64,000 nucleotides of DNA, taken from NCBI GenBank assembly GCA_951406725.2, contig OX597829.1, positions 25,544,001-25,608,000 on the forward strand, read 5' to 3'. A program made the translations under genes and the position numbers. The number at the start of each line of letters is the position of its first letter. Positions within the stretch are counted from its first letter, which is position 1. The DNA comes from Octopus vulgaris. Taxonomy: Eukaryota. Positions 14,801 to 26,997 of the stretch are shown in pieces. The notes beneath the pieces were generated by a model. The model was not told where the DNA came from. It ran no database searches and worked only from the letters and a program-made list of their open reading frames with translations.

Positions 14801-15022
14801 AAGGTGGCGAGCTGGCAGAATTGTTAGCATGCCGGGCGGAATGCTTAGTGGTATTTTGTCTGCCATTAGGTCCTGAATTCAAATTCCGCCGAAGTTTACT
14901 TTGCCTTTCATCCTTTCGGGGTCGGTAAAATTAATACCAGTTATGTACTGGGGTTGATGTAATCGATTTAATTAATCCCTTCCCCCAAAATTTAAGGTCT
15001 TGTGCTTCCAGTAGAAAGGATT
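14801..15022 (+). mobile_element. tRNA-derived SINE (family B)
   Basis: Head aaggtggcgagctggcagaa..gaattcaaattcc (A/B-box-like) and core gcctttcatcctttcggggtcg. Confidence 0.8.
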
Positions 15023-15142
15023 TATTAAAAGCTGAAATAGTGAAACACACTGACATCTACATTTATTATATTAGATATGTTTTATTTTGGGGAAACTTTA
15101 TTTCAATTAAAGTGTATTTTATATATATGTGTGTGTGTATAT

Positions 15143-16660
15143 ATCATCATCATCATCATCATCATTTAACGTCCGCTTTCCATGCTAACATGGGTTGGAC
15201 GGTTCAACTGGGGTCTGGGGAGCCCGAAAGCTGCACCAGTCCAGTCAGATCTGGCAGTGTTTCTACAGCTGGATGCCCTTCCTAACGCCAACCACTCCGA
15301 GAGTGTAGTGGGTGATTTTATGTGCCACCGACACAGGTGCCAGACGAGGCTGGCAAACGGCCACGCTCGGATGGTGTTTTTTATGTGCCACCGACACAGG
15401 TGCCAGGCGAGGCTGGCAGACGGCCACGCTCGGATGGTGTTTTTATGTGCCACCGACACAGGTGCCAGATGAGGCTGGCAAACGGCCACGATCGGATGGT
15501 GTTTGTTACGTGCCCACAGCACGGAGGCCAGTCGATGCGGTACTGGCTACGGCCACGTTCAGATGGTTTTCTTGTGTGCCACGTGCCACCGGCACTGGTA
15601 CCACAAAGATACAAGTTCCATTGATGTTCATCTATTTTGATTTGTTTTGATTTTCACTTGCCTCAACAGGTCTTCACAAGTGTCACAAGAAGGAAGGTAT
15701 GCACAGGTGGACTGACTACGTCCCAGGTAGGGGCCACAGGTTATGGCCTGACTAGTCTTGCCGGGTCTTCGGATGGTGTTTTTATGTGCCACCGACACAG
15801 GTGCCAGATGAGGCTGGCGAACGGCCACGATCGGATGGTGTTTGTTACGTGCCCACAGCACGGAGGCCAGTCGGTGCGGTACTGGCTACGGCCACGTTCG
15901 GATGGTTTTCTTGTGTGCCACCGGCACTGGTACCACAAAGATACAATTCCATTAATGTTCATCTATTTTGATTTGTTTTGATTTGATTTGATTTGATTTG
16001 TTTTGATTTCATTTTGATTTTCACTTGCCTCAACAGGCCTTCACAAGTATCACAAGGAGGAAGGTATGCACAGGTGGACTGACTACGTCCCAGGTAGGGG
16101 CCATGGGATATGGCCTGACTAGTCTTGCCGGGTCTTCGGATGGTGTTTTTATGTGCCACCGACACAGGTGCTAGATGAGGCTGGCGAACGGCCACGCTCG
16201 GATGGTGTTTGTTATGTGCCCACAGCACGATGGCCAGTCGATGCGGTACTGACTACGGCCACGTTCGGATGGATTTCTTGTGTGCCACAGGCACTGGTAC
16301 CACAAAGATACAAATTCCATTGATGTTCATCTATTTTGATTTGATTTGATTTTCACTTGCCTCAACAGGTCTTCACAAGTGTCACAAGAAGGAAGGTATG
16401 CACAGGTGGACTGACTAGTCTTGCCGGGTCTTCAGAAGGTGTTTTTATGTGCCACCGACACAAGTGCCAGATGAGGCTGGCGAACGGCCATGATCGGATG
16501 GTGTTTGTTACGTGCCCACAGCACGGAGGCCGGTCGATGCGGAACTGGCTACGGCCACGTTCGGATGGTTTTCTTGTGTGCCACCGGCACTGGTACCACA
16601 AAGATACAGATTCCATTGATGTTCATCTATTTTGATTTGTTTTGATTTGATTTTCACTTA
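15143..16660 (-). repeat. RTE-tail repeat (family C) with internal tandem expansions
   Basis: (CAT)n end at 15143. About three 63-64 bp units (15318-15500) are followed by roughly four 290-370 bp higher-order units, each with an (ATTTG)n spacer. Confidence 0.85.
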
Positions 16661-17479
16661 TATATATATATATATTAAAGAAAGCATAAAATGATGGTAT
16701 TCAGTATGTTGGCCACAGGATATTTAAACAAAGTTGTACATCATCTCCCTCTTTCATCATTACTCCCACTGCTGCCATCAACATTACTACTTTAATAAAA
16801 CATCATCAACTCTTCCTAAATTTCTTTGTCTCTCTTTCCCTCTCTTTTTCTTTCTCTCTGTCTTTACCACCGCCTCACTGTCTCTATGCCTACTCTTACT
16901 CTCACTCCATCATAAGGAATAGTAGGATTGTCATTGAATATTGAGAGAGGGCATCTAAGTGTGACACAGAAATTAGTTTTCACATATATTATATCATATT
17001 ATATATATGGGTACTTTACCAACAGTATATTGGATAATTGATATCCCATAGTGGGTTACATCCATAACCCCATCTTACTTTGTACTATATATATATATAT
17101 ATATATACATTCAGATGTGTGTGTATCTTTGTTGTGACTTAACATGATAGTTGTAAATGACTTACTGTTGTACAAGTAGTGTCCTTTGTTTTCAATTTTC
17201 TGTGAAAACATACCTGATCATAGAGAAATATTACCATGCTGGGAAATGAGTGAGAGTTGGCGACAGCAAGGGCATTCAGCTGTAGGAAATCTGCCTCAAC
17301 AAATTTTGTCTGACCCATGCAAATATGCAAAAAAATAGAGATTGAAACAACATTGATATATTCATTTGTTTTTCCATGTTAGCACGAATTAGACAAATAC
17401 AAATTCTTGAAGCATTGTTTTATTTATTGCAGGATGCTCTTCCTGCCTCTAATCCTTACCTACTCTTTGTGTCAGGTTC

Positions 17480-17864
17480 CATGCCAGTGGCACGTTAAAA
17501 GCACCATTCAAACGTGATCGTTACCTGTGTTGCCTTAGTGGCACTTGTGCTGGAGGCACATGAAAAAACATTCGAGCGAGGTTGTTGCCAGTGCCACTGG
17601 ACTGGCTCCTGTGCAGGTGGTACATAAAAAGCACCATTTGAGCGTGGCAATTGCCAGTACCGCCTGACTGGCCCTCGTGCCGGTGGCACGTAAAGCACTC
17701 ACTACACTCTCGGAGTGGTTGGCATTAGGAAGGGCATCCAGCTGTGGAAACTCTGCCTGATCAGAATGGAGCCTGGTGCAGCCTTCTGGTTCGCCAGACC
17801 TCAGTCAAATCACCCAACCCATGCTAGCATAGAAAACGGGCATTAAACGATGATGATGATGATG
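17480..17864 (+). mobile_element. RTE-tail repeat (family C)
   Basis: ggagtggttggcattaggaagggcatccagctg ... ttaaacgatgatgatgatg tail. Confidence 0.75.
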
Positions 17865-17999
17865 CATCTTCAAAATTGGCAGGGAATGGCAACATCATGC
17901 ATTGCACAGAGATTTTTTAAAAAAGTACAGAATATAAGCAATCACATAGATACAAATGCATACATACATACACACACAAAGCAAAATTGACAGTTCTTA

Positions 18000-19765
18000 C
18001 AGGACACTTTGCTAGAGGCTACAGACAAGATTTGCAGCTGGTGCAAGGTTCCAGTCAAACATAGGAGGAACAATACAGTTAACAATCCTATAACAACAAA
18101 GAAGAAAGCTTGAAAAAACTAGAAGAGATGGATCAAAGGAAGAAAAACTGCTGTAAATCGCTAAACTTCAGGTATCCATAGCAAGGTGAGAGGCAGAAAA
18201 GAAGTTTCCACGTGTTTTGCAATATGTTGCTAGACAGTGTGTGAGAGAAAATTGAGATGTCAGGGAGAAGTGTGTACAGAATGATAATGGCACACTTGCT
18301 CTTACTGATGCTAATAAGAAAGAGGCATGGAAGTGTGTGACTATGAGAAGCTGATGAATGGGAGAGAGAGAGAGAGTGGGAACATACCCAACAGAGGAAC
18401 TGGTCATCTATTTTTACAGCAGTTGGTAAAAAAAAGCTGGCTGGGAAAGTAGCTGGGTCATCAGGGATAGTTGCTGAAATAAAATATCTGGTAAAGTATG
18501 GTAGAAGATAGTCATTTGAATAGAAAATCAAGTAATACAAGAAAATGTCATACCAAAATGACTGATGTTGTAGTAGTATCATCAAAAATTGATTCAAGGG
18601 CAAAGGTGATGCATTAGAGAGAGAGAGAGAGAGAGAGAGAGGAAACTACCAAGGCACTAAAGTGTTGAACCAGGTTATTAATGTCACAAAGGGTTATTGT
18701 AAAACTGATTAGCATCAGGATTAGTCTAGATAAGATGTAGTTTGACTTTTCCTGATACCATATCTCTTGTGAGACAACAGCAAGAGAAATACTTCAGGGT
18801 CCAGTCCTCAATTGTCTCTTATTTATTATAGTCCTCCAAGCCATATCAGAGGAATTTAAAACTGGCTACCCTTAGGAACTCCTGTATGCTGATGACCTAG
18901 CCCTTATAGCAGAATCTGTAAAAGAACTGAAGCTGAAATTATAGACATGGAATCAAAACCCGGAATTGAAAGGTCTTAAAGTAAACTTAGTTAAATCAAA
19001 AGCTTTGATATATAGGAAGGAAGATAGGACCTTTGCAGCATCGGGGAAATGGCCATGTTCTGCCTTCAGAGAAAATGTTGGTAAAAATTCTGTATTCCCA
19101 GTGTAATCAAAAGACACATAAGAAGTATAGTAGGATCACAAGTAAGTTTTCAGAGATGGTAGATTTTATATTCAGCAGATACACTGGGACAGTAAGCACT
19201 GAGAGGGAAACAGATTCTCTTAAATGCCTGAAAGTGATTGACCTAGGTGACCAAGCTAGCAGTAGGAATGGATGCTCTGGAAGTGGTAGCCAGAATAAGA
19301 ACAAGCTGGAGTAAGTTCAGGGAGTTATTAAATCTACTGGCAAGAAAGACCCTATCCCTCAAGATCAAAGACAGTGTGTGAAGTTTACCATCTTTCTATT
19401 GTGTGCAAACTGCACTGTTGTGGGACAGCAAAACATGGACTTTTACAGTGGAAAGAGCTACAAAAGTTTTGAAGAAATGAGATGAGGATACTTCACTGGA
19501 TGTGATGTGTTAGTGTGCATGAAGGATAAAGTATAAATGAACCAAGAAATAAACTAGGTATAAGACAGATCAAACGTAGTGTGCAAGAGATGAGACAACA
19601 CTGGTGTTGGTATGTGATGCAAATGGAAGGTGACAGCCGCATAAACAAGTAGCAAGTGCTCAAAGTGAATAGTACCTGTGGGAGGAAGACAACTTGGTAT
19701 GAGAACTGATGAAAAAGGAGATGACTGCAGACTATACCAACTGGTGGTATACTGCATAAGACCTG
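18000..19765 (+). mobile_element. RTE-clade LINE reverse transcriptase pseudogene
   Basis: At 18876 onward, gaactcctgtatgctgatgaccta.. reads ELLYADDLALIAES..LKGLKVNL (RT catalytic YADD). QQEKY lies upstream. Multiple stops and frameshifts. Confidence 0.85.
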
Positions 19766-21473
19766 ACATTTCATGCAAGCTTAATGCATACTGCCTTCCT
19801 TTGTATATCTCCCTCTATTGCTCATTCTATACTCATACAGCCTCCTACCATCTAATCTGTACTCTCCCCATTTCTCCATTATCTCTTCTACTCACCATGC
19901 TGTGACATCCATAACTGAGAGGAATTTACTCAATTTGTACATACTGAATGCATCCCTTCTCCATATCTCCACTACCTATATCCTACTACCCTTCCTTTCT
20001 CAGGAATTATGATGCTTGCATAAGGGAGATTGCATCCTGGTAACCTTTACTTGCTCTTCCTGTTTCTTCTATTATTATGCTCTTTTGGATACGTTACCTT
20101 GAGGACATGTCCTAACTACTCATCACTATCTCATCTACATCTCCTCCACCACAATGTACCCAATGAAATATAACATGGAGTAACACTGCATCTTTTCCTG
20201 CTCAACCCCTTTCTCCTTCCTTGTTGCTGTTACCATTCTAATACTCTAACACTATCCTCCTGATACCAGCTTTCCCTTCCTCTCCTTTAGGAGACATACA
20301 AAAGTTTGGAAGAAATGAGATGATGCATCACTGGATGTGCTATGTTAGTGTGCATGAATGATAAATTATAAACGAACTATGAGATAAAATAGGTGTAAGA
20401 GGTATCAGATGTAGTGTGCAAGAGATGAGACAGTCTTAATATAGGCATGTAACACGAATTGAAGGTGACATCTGCATAAGCAAGTACTAAATGCTTTTCA
20501 TCTTACCTTCTCTGATTTCTGTTCTATCCATCCACATAATGTAGAGTAACATAGCATCTCCTCCTACTCATATTTCCATCTCACTACCCTTATGACACAC
20601 TGTTTCACTAATCTTCTGACGTTACTTTTCCTTTTTCATTCCTATTACACCCACTTCCATCTTATTTTATCCTTGATGTACCAATTTCTTCACCCATATA
20701 TAAGGTGTGGTAGCAATGCACCACTTTCTATTTCAGTTCTTCTCACCATCCTGCAACTCTAAATCTCCCTACCGCTACTTTTTACTTTTCCTCCTATGAT
20801 TCCATTCCCTCTGTTAGTCTTTCTTATCATCCTCTCTCAAAATTAAACCTGTGTAACTACCGACAACAACTGATGGATCATCCAAACCACTTGGTAGAAC
20901 AAATGGACTGACCTATCCAAATGCTTGGTCTACTTACTTTATCCACCCCATAATCATTATCAACTTAACCCCTTCTGCTTCATACTTATCCCTGATATTA
21001 CCCTTACTTTTCCTCTCTCCTTCCCCTCTTTACTTCTAGTCATAACTGTTTCCTCTGTTATTCTCTCCATTACCATCAATAACATCCACAATAAATCTGT
21101 TCCTTTCCATCATGGTAGGCTCTCTTCCACTTTACAAGCTGCAAAGTTACACCCAACAGTGCTGGTACCACAAAAGAAGCACTTGCTACAATTTGTATTT
21201 GAGAGGGCTCTTTTGTCTCACTGATGTCGAGTGAATGGTTAGCAATGCTGGTGCCATGAGAACACGCACTCAGTATAATCTGTAAAGTGGTTGGTATTGT
21301 GGAGAGCATTTAGCTTTAGCATCTATGCCAAAAATGGGACATTGGAGCAAGATGTGGTCTTCCAACCTGTTGGATCCTATCTAACCACCCTACCTATGCT
21401 GGAATGGGGCAAACAGAAATAAAAGGATACATACATACATACCGATCTACTTACCTATCTCTGTCTGTTTGTC

Positions 21474-21518
<45 letters not shown>

Positions 21519-21545
21519 TGACGCATATAACTCGCTCTGAGATTT

Positions 21546-21587
<42 letters not shown>

Positions 21588-21600
21588 TTATATGTTGATG

Positions 21601-21631
<31 letters not shown>

Positions 21632-22107
21632 CACACACACACATGCACGTGTATATGTATATATATGAAAATTTAAAGGAAACAGAAACCGAAGATAACA
21701 TTGATGAACAACAATTTATTTGCACCAATTATTATTTATTAATAATTTATTACTAATTATTATTGTTATTATTAATAGAAATATTAAAATTACTAAGTCT
21801 CTCTAAAAGAGAACAACGGCAGCGTTCCCGGAAAATAATAGTTATCGCCATACTAATATGGCATTCTTATAAAAATAAGAATAAAGCTGTCCGCTTATTA
21901 GCTCCATGAGGCCATCGCCTTAAGTTAGCTATTTGATACACAAACTGTATCCATATAACCTTCGAACAAGAGACTTAGTAATTTTAGAGAGACTTAGTAA
22001 TTTTAATATTTCTATTATTGAAAACAAGTGGATGTATTCCACCAAAGCTAGGTAAATAAAACCTTCGAACAGAGATTGTCAGAAGCGACACCTACTGGTC
22101 TGGCTAC

Positions 22108-22149
22108 GCTGCATTGAAAAGGGGCAATACCCCGAAACGCGTCTGTAGC
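22108..22149 (+). ncRNA. Minimal type I hammerhead ribozyme, U3-A8 variant (unit 1)
   Basis: Stem I gctgca/tgtagc; core TTGAAAA; stem II gggg-caata-cccc; GAA; palindromic stem III ACGCGT; predicted GUC cleavage after 22143. Confidence 0.8.
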
Positions 22150-22470
22150 TGCCGGTCAAGTAGTGTGGAGCGACTGACCTCCCTTGTTCGAAGGTTATAT
22201 GGATACAGTTTGTGTATCAAATAGCTAACTTAAGGCGATGGCCTCATGGAGCTAATAAGCGGACAGCTTTATTCTTATTTTTATAAGAATGCCATATTAG
22301 TATGGCGATAACTATTATTTTCCGGGAACGCTGCCGTTGTTCTCTTTTAGAGAGACTTAGTAATTTTAATATTTCTATTATTGAAAACAAGTGGATGTAT
22401 TCCACCGAAGCTAGGTAAATAAAACCTTCGAACAGAGATTGTCAGAAGCGACACCTACTGGTCTGGCTAC

Positions 22471-22513
22471 GCTGCATTGAAAAGGGGCAATACCCCCGAA
22501 ACGCGTCTGTAGC
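22471..22513 (+). ncRNA. Minimal hammerhead ribozyme (unit 2)
   Basis: Same fold as unit 1, with one extra C in stem/loop II. Confidence 0.77.
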
Positions 22514-22834
22514 TGCCGGTCAAGTAGTGTGGAGCAACTGACCTCCCTTGTTCGAAGGTTATATGGATACAGTTTGTGTATCATAAAGCTAACTTAAGGC
22601 GATGGCCTCATGGAGCTAATAAGCGGACAGCTTTATTCTTATTTTTATAAGAATGCCATATTAGTATGGCGATAACTATTATTTTCCGGGAACGCTGCCG
22701 TTGTTCTCTTTTAGAGAGACTTAGTAATTTTAATATTTCTATTATTGAAAACAAGTGGATGTATTCCACCAAAGCTAGGTAAATAAAACCTTCGAACAGA
22801 GATTGTCAGAAGCGACACCTACTGGTCTGGCTAC

Positions 22835-22876
22835 GCTGCATTGAAAAGGGGCAATACCCCGAAACGCGTCTGTAGC
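22835..22876 (+). ncRNA. Minimal hammerhead ribozyme (unit 3)
   Basis: Identical to the unit 1 motif. Confidence 0.8.
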
Positions 22877-23196
22877 TGCCGGTCAAGTAGTGTGGGCGAC
22901 TGACCTCCCTTGTTCGAAGGTTATATGGATACAGTTTGTGTATCAAATAGCTAACTTAAGGTGATGGCCTCATGGAGCTAATAAGCGGACAGCTTTATTC
23001 TTATTTTTATAAGAATGCCATATTAGTATGGCGATAACTATTATTTTCCGGGAACGCTGCCGTTGTTCTCTTTTAGAGAGACTTAGTAATTTTAATATTT
23101 CTATTATTGAAAACAAGTGGATGTATTCCACCGAAGCTAGGTAAATAAAACCTTCGAACAGAGATTGTCAGAAGCGACACCTACTGGTCTGGCTAC

Positions 23197-23238
23197 GCTG
23201 CATTGAAAAGGGGCAATACACCGAAACGCGTCTGTAGC
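23197..23238 (+). ncRNA. Minimal hammerhead ribozyme (unit 4, stem II mismatch)
   Basis: Same fold; stem II is gggg/cacc. Confidence 0.7.
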
Positions 23239-23499
23239 TGCCAGTCAAGTAGTGTGGAGCGACTGACCTACCTTGTTTGAAGGTTATATGGATACAGTTT
23301 GTGTATCAAATAGCTAACTTAAGGCGATGGCCTCATGGAGCTAATAAGCGGACAGCTTTATTCTTATTTTTATAAGAATGCCATATTAGTATGGCGATAA
23401 CTATCATTATTGTTATTATTTGCACCAATTATTATTTATTAATTATTATTATTATTATTATTATTATTTATTATTATTATCAATTGTTTATCAATGCTA

Positions 23500-24295
23500 T
23501 TGTTTATCAAGATAGCCACCTTGTACATCTTACATGTAATAATTTATGAGGATTTGTTTGAGTAAATGCCTGAAATTCTTCATATTCCTGCAGTCTCTAT
23601 GGGCTATTTGAAAGGAATGAATATATGCTTCTAGCAAGTTCTTATAAATATGAAAGTAACTCTGAACATGCCTTTGATGCACAGATGTGTATAGAGTGAC
23701 AGACATAAACCTGAATAAAGAGAGAGGAAACTTTGTTCTTCAGTAATGCCTGCATACCTCCCTTCTGCCCCATCATTACACTAGCATTGTCACTGGCAAA
23801 TCCTATCAAATTTTCAAAAGGAAGATCATGTAAGGTGAAGAATCTTTCAATAGAGGAAAAAATTCCATTAGCAGAGCAATCATTCGCTTCCAAAAGAAAT
23901 AACTATCAATAAGTTTTTGAGCGCTACAATCATAAAATCTAGCTGACAGAACAAACTGTTTTTTTTTTTGTACTTACATCAGTAGTTTCATCAACAATTA
24001 ATAAAAACTTGCACTCTTTTAACTGTTTAATGAGGTTTTCAAAGAAATAAGGGCCTAAAACATTTTTATATATTTGAGTAGCTTTGGTTCTTGCACATTT
24101 AATATCTTTAACTATTTTGAATCAGGATGTGCATTCTGAATTAGTCCAGGTAAATTAGTCTCACTGGTAAGTTATGTTCTGCAATGAAGGAACAAAGCTT
24201 AAACTCTGCAGAGGTTATGTTTATAATATGAACAGAAGTTGTAGGCTGCAAAATGCCGGTCAGTTTTCCACTTTTATTTTCTGAATTAACATTTT
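23500..24295 (-). pseudogene. hAT-family transposase remnant (ZNF862-like)
   Basis: Minus-strand peptides CSFIAEHNLP, KCARTKATQ, LIVDETTDVS, LIGFASDNASVMMG and VCHSIHICAS (CxxH-like region), with frameshifts. Confidence 0.85.
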
Positions 24296-24299
24296 TAGT

Positions 24300-24636
24300 A
24301 TTGCAGCATGGAAGGTGTTTATAAGCCATTTAAGAAACACACAAAATCCGTTAGATTCACTTCAACATTTAAATTTAATTTGTCAAAATATTTTCGTTGA
24401 TTTGAGACCGCGACCTGTTCACTGACAAAATTCCGTGCAGCATGGAATTTTGTCAGTGAACAGGTTGTGGTCTCAAATCAACGAAAATATTTTGACAAAT
24501 TCAATTTAAATGTTGAAGTGAATCTAACGGATTTTGTGTGTTTCTTAAATGGCTTATAAACACCTTCCATGCTGCAATTGTTTTTGTTCCAGCACAAGAT
24601 CTCAGATCAAGTCACTTGCTATGCAAGTACATCTCA
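24300..24636. repeat. Long palindromic repeat (pLTR-like inverted pair) with hammerhead-like folds
   Basis: 24300-24434 and 24444-24578 are near-perfect reverse complements. The same family occurs at 33047-33362. Confidence 0.85.
24449..24499 (+). ncRNA. Putative minimal hammerhead, G3-C8 variant
   Basis: Stem I tttgtca/tgacaaa; core GTGAACA plus one extra G; stem II gttg/caac; GAA; palindrome AATATT; U17. Confidence 0.5.
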
Positions 24637-25319
24637 ATTTTTAATATGTTTATCCATTTTTCCATGCCTCTCCAGACGAGTTACACTGTCTAGAATTTCA
24701 TGACAAAATTTACAGTATGCTCTTTTGATATTTGTTTTACTTGGTTCTAACCATGATGAAAACTGAGAATCCAATAAAAGTTTGTTTGATAATTTATGAT
24801 TCTATTGTTTAATTCTTTCCTTTGGTGGAGTTAAACCAAAGTCAATTTCATCACTGCTTTTATCTTTTGCATTCTTGCTCATCATGAGGGTTATAAATCA
24901 CTCATAACTAATAAAAGTTTGATGAGATAATAAGGAAGCACTTGTCACTTATGTATAAAACATGCTACTGACTGGCATTAGAGGTGGCAACCCGGTGATA
25001 TTGGATGGTACATATGATACACGTATTGAACACGTTCTATACCAACTAGCTACCAATTAGCTATATATAAACTGCCTTGTTATAAAATGTGCCAAAATAT
25101 ATTTTGATATAAAATAGTTAATCTAATAATAATATAATGTATTTATTGTTACAGTGTTTACTCAGATATGCTGTAAACTTATTTTTTTTACATAAAGTTT
25201 GAAAATTTGAAAATATACCAAATTATTGCAGTGCAATACCAAAAGTATTACTGCACTCAAAAAGTACCAAATACCAGTGCTCCAATACCAACCATTCAGA
25301 GTAGTGGACACAACAGGCT

Positions 25320-25720
25320 CCAAAAGGGTGGCCAAAGGTTAGCTGTTATCTACTACATCCGGATTCAGGTATATATAACAGAGAGAGAGAGAATTTCACT
25401 AAGCGTACACTACAAAAGTACCAGGTTTAGAAAGCCTGCTTCAGCCATTTGTCTCTATCTTTGCTTACAGTTCCCAATGCACCAGGAACCACAGGCATAA
25501 CCTTTACAGTTCTCATACTCCCAAATTCTTCCTGTTTCAAATTTTAAGGGATTGTATTTTTTTTTTTTGGTTTTTTGTCCTCTTTCTTTACCATCCCGGA
25601 ATCAAATGAGCATAATGGATCAGTTAGTAAGCAACTTCGCTTTTCTTTATCTATAACTGTTATGTCTGGTCTATTATTTTCTAAAGTCTTGTCCATTTGA
25701 ATAGTCCCACAAAATCTTAC
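25320..25720 (-). mobile_element. 3' fragment of an REL-endonuclease non-LTR retrotransposon (R2/R4/NeSL-like)
   Basis: IQMDKTLENNRPDITVIDKEKRSCLL: the RPD motif of the restriction-like endonuclease, followed by a degenerate GALG segment. Confidence 0.65.
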
Positions 25721-25721
25721 A

Positions 25722-25957
25722 CTCCTCCTTCTCTTCTTCTTCTTCTTCATCTTCATCTTCATCTTCTTCATCTTCATCTTCTTCTTCCTTCTTCTTCTTC
25801 TTCTTCTTCTTCTTCTTCTTCTTCTTCTTCTTCTTCTTCTTCCTCTTCCTTCTTCTTCTTCTTCTTCTTCTTCTTCTTCTTCTTCTTCTTCTTCTTCTCC
25901 TCCTCCCCTCCTCCTCCTACACCACCACCGCCGCCGCCGCCACCACCACCACCACCT
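25722..25957. repeat. (CTT)n/(CAT)/(CCT)/(CCA/CCG) trinucleotide tract
   Basis: Direct inspection. Confidence 0.95.
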
Positions 25958-26736
25958 CATATGTGTCCGAAGCTTGCACTGGGTACAATGTATGGAGTTT
26001 CTACCAACACCCTTCTGGTCTTAAGACATGGTCTTACTGCTGGATGCCTTTTCCTGATGCTAATGCTTACCTGTTTTTCAAATAAGGCATCCATTATTGC
26101 TCATAGCATCAAAGGTGCAAAGCAGATGATTTGCTGAGAGGTAAGAAGCACAGGAATATCACTGCTTGTAGGTTGTAACTTTCAAGTGAGCACAAATGTA
26201 AACAGCAATACAAACATACATATATGTACACACACACGCACACACACATGTGTACACACACTACACATATACATACACACACATGCACACAAACAGTCAC
26301 TTCTCCCCAATACACACACCACCAATGGAACAGGGTTTCAAAGAATCAAACAAAACTCACATTAAGCTCTCTGCCTGGTGTGTGGCTATCAGGAAAGACT
26401 ACAGTTAAGGCTTGGATGTAACCTCCGCATTCTTCTGAAAATTCAGGAATCATAATGATGTAAAGTATATATATATATATATATAAATTGACCAAATAAG
26501 TGAAGTGAGAGAATAGCTGTTTATTCCATTATTTGACAGCTGTTTCATAATCCATGCCAATTACAATAACCAACGCTACATCATCCATCACACATATATA
26601 AAATATGAATATAAATATATGTATATATCTGACAGTCATTTTCCATCAAGCAAATTCCCTCACTATATATGTGTAATACAATATAGAAGTAGAAAATGAA
26701 AGAAAGTGAAAGAAAAGGGAAATAAAGAAAGCTTCT

Positions 26737-26997
26737 TATTTCTTTATTGTCCACAAGGGGCTAAACATAGAGGGGACAAACAAGGAGAGACAAAGGGATT
26801 AAGTCGATTACATCAACCCCAGTGCGTAACTGGTACTTAATTTATCGACCCCCAAAAGGATGAAAGGCAAAGTCAAACTCAGCGGAATTTGAACTCAGAA
26901 TGTAATGGCAGATGAAATACCGCTAAGCATTTCGCCCGGCATGCTAACGGTTCTACCAGCGGCGAGCTGGCAGAACCATTAGCATGCTGGCAGAAAC
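26737..26997 (-). mobile_element. tRNA-derived SINE (family B) with inverted 5' head
   Basis: Reverse complement of the 27677 copy. TSD gaaagcttct at 26727-26736 and 26998-27007. Confidence 0.85.

Larger units (their letters stand above)
21774..23405 (+). repeat. ~363-bp tandem array (3.9 units) with 5' inverted partial copy; retrozyme- or Penelope-pLTR-like
   Basis: agagagac recurs at 21986, 22349, 22713 and 23075 (periods 363/364/362), and units are nearly identical. 21774-21970 is the reverse complement of part of the unit. attattgttattatt flanks both sides (21759-21773, 23406-23420). Confidence 0.95.

Noticed and set aside
15460-15500. Hammerhead-like cagatga-ggctg-gcaaa-cggcc in the 64-bp repeat
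   Set aside because: U4 is absent and no GAAA follows the stem; other units lack even this core.
21986-23405. CRISPR-like array
   Set aside because: Units are wholly repeated with no unique spacers, the context is eukaryotic, and there are no cas genes.
25544-26137. Poly-E/R/S/F ORFs
   Set aside because: Produced by the (CTT)n tract; only the RPD retrotransposon fragment is meaningful.
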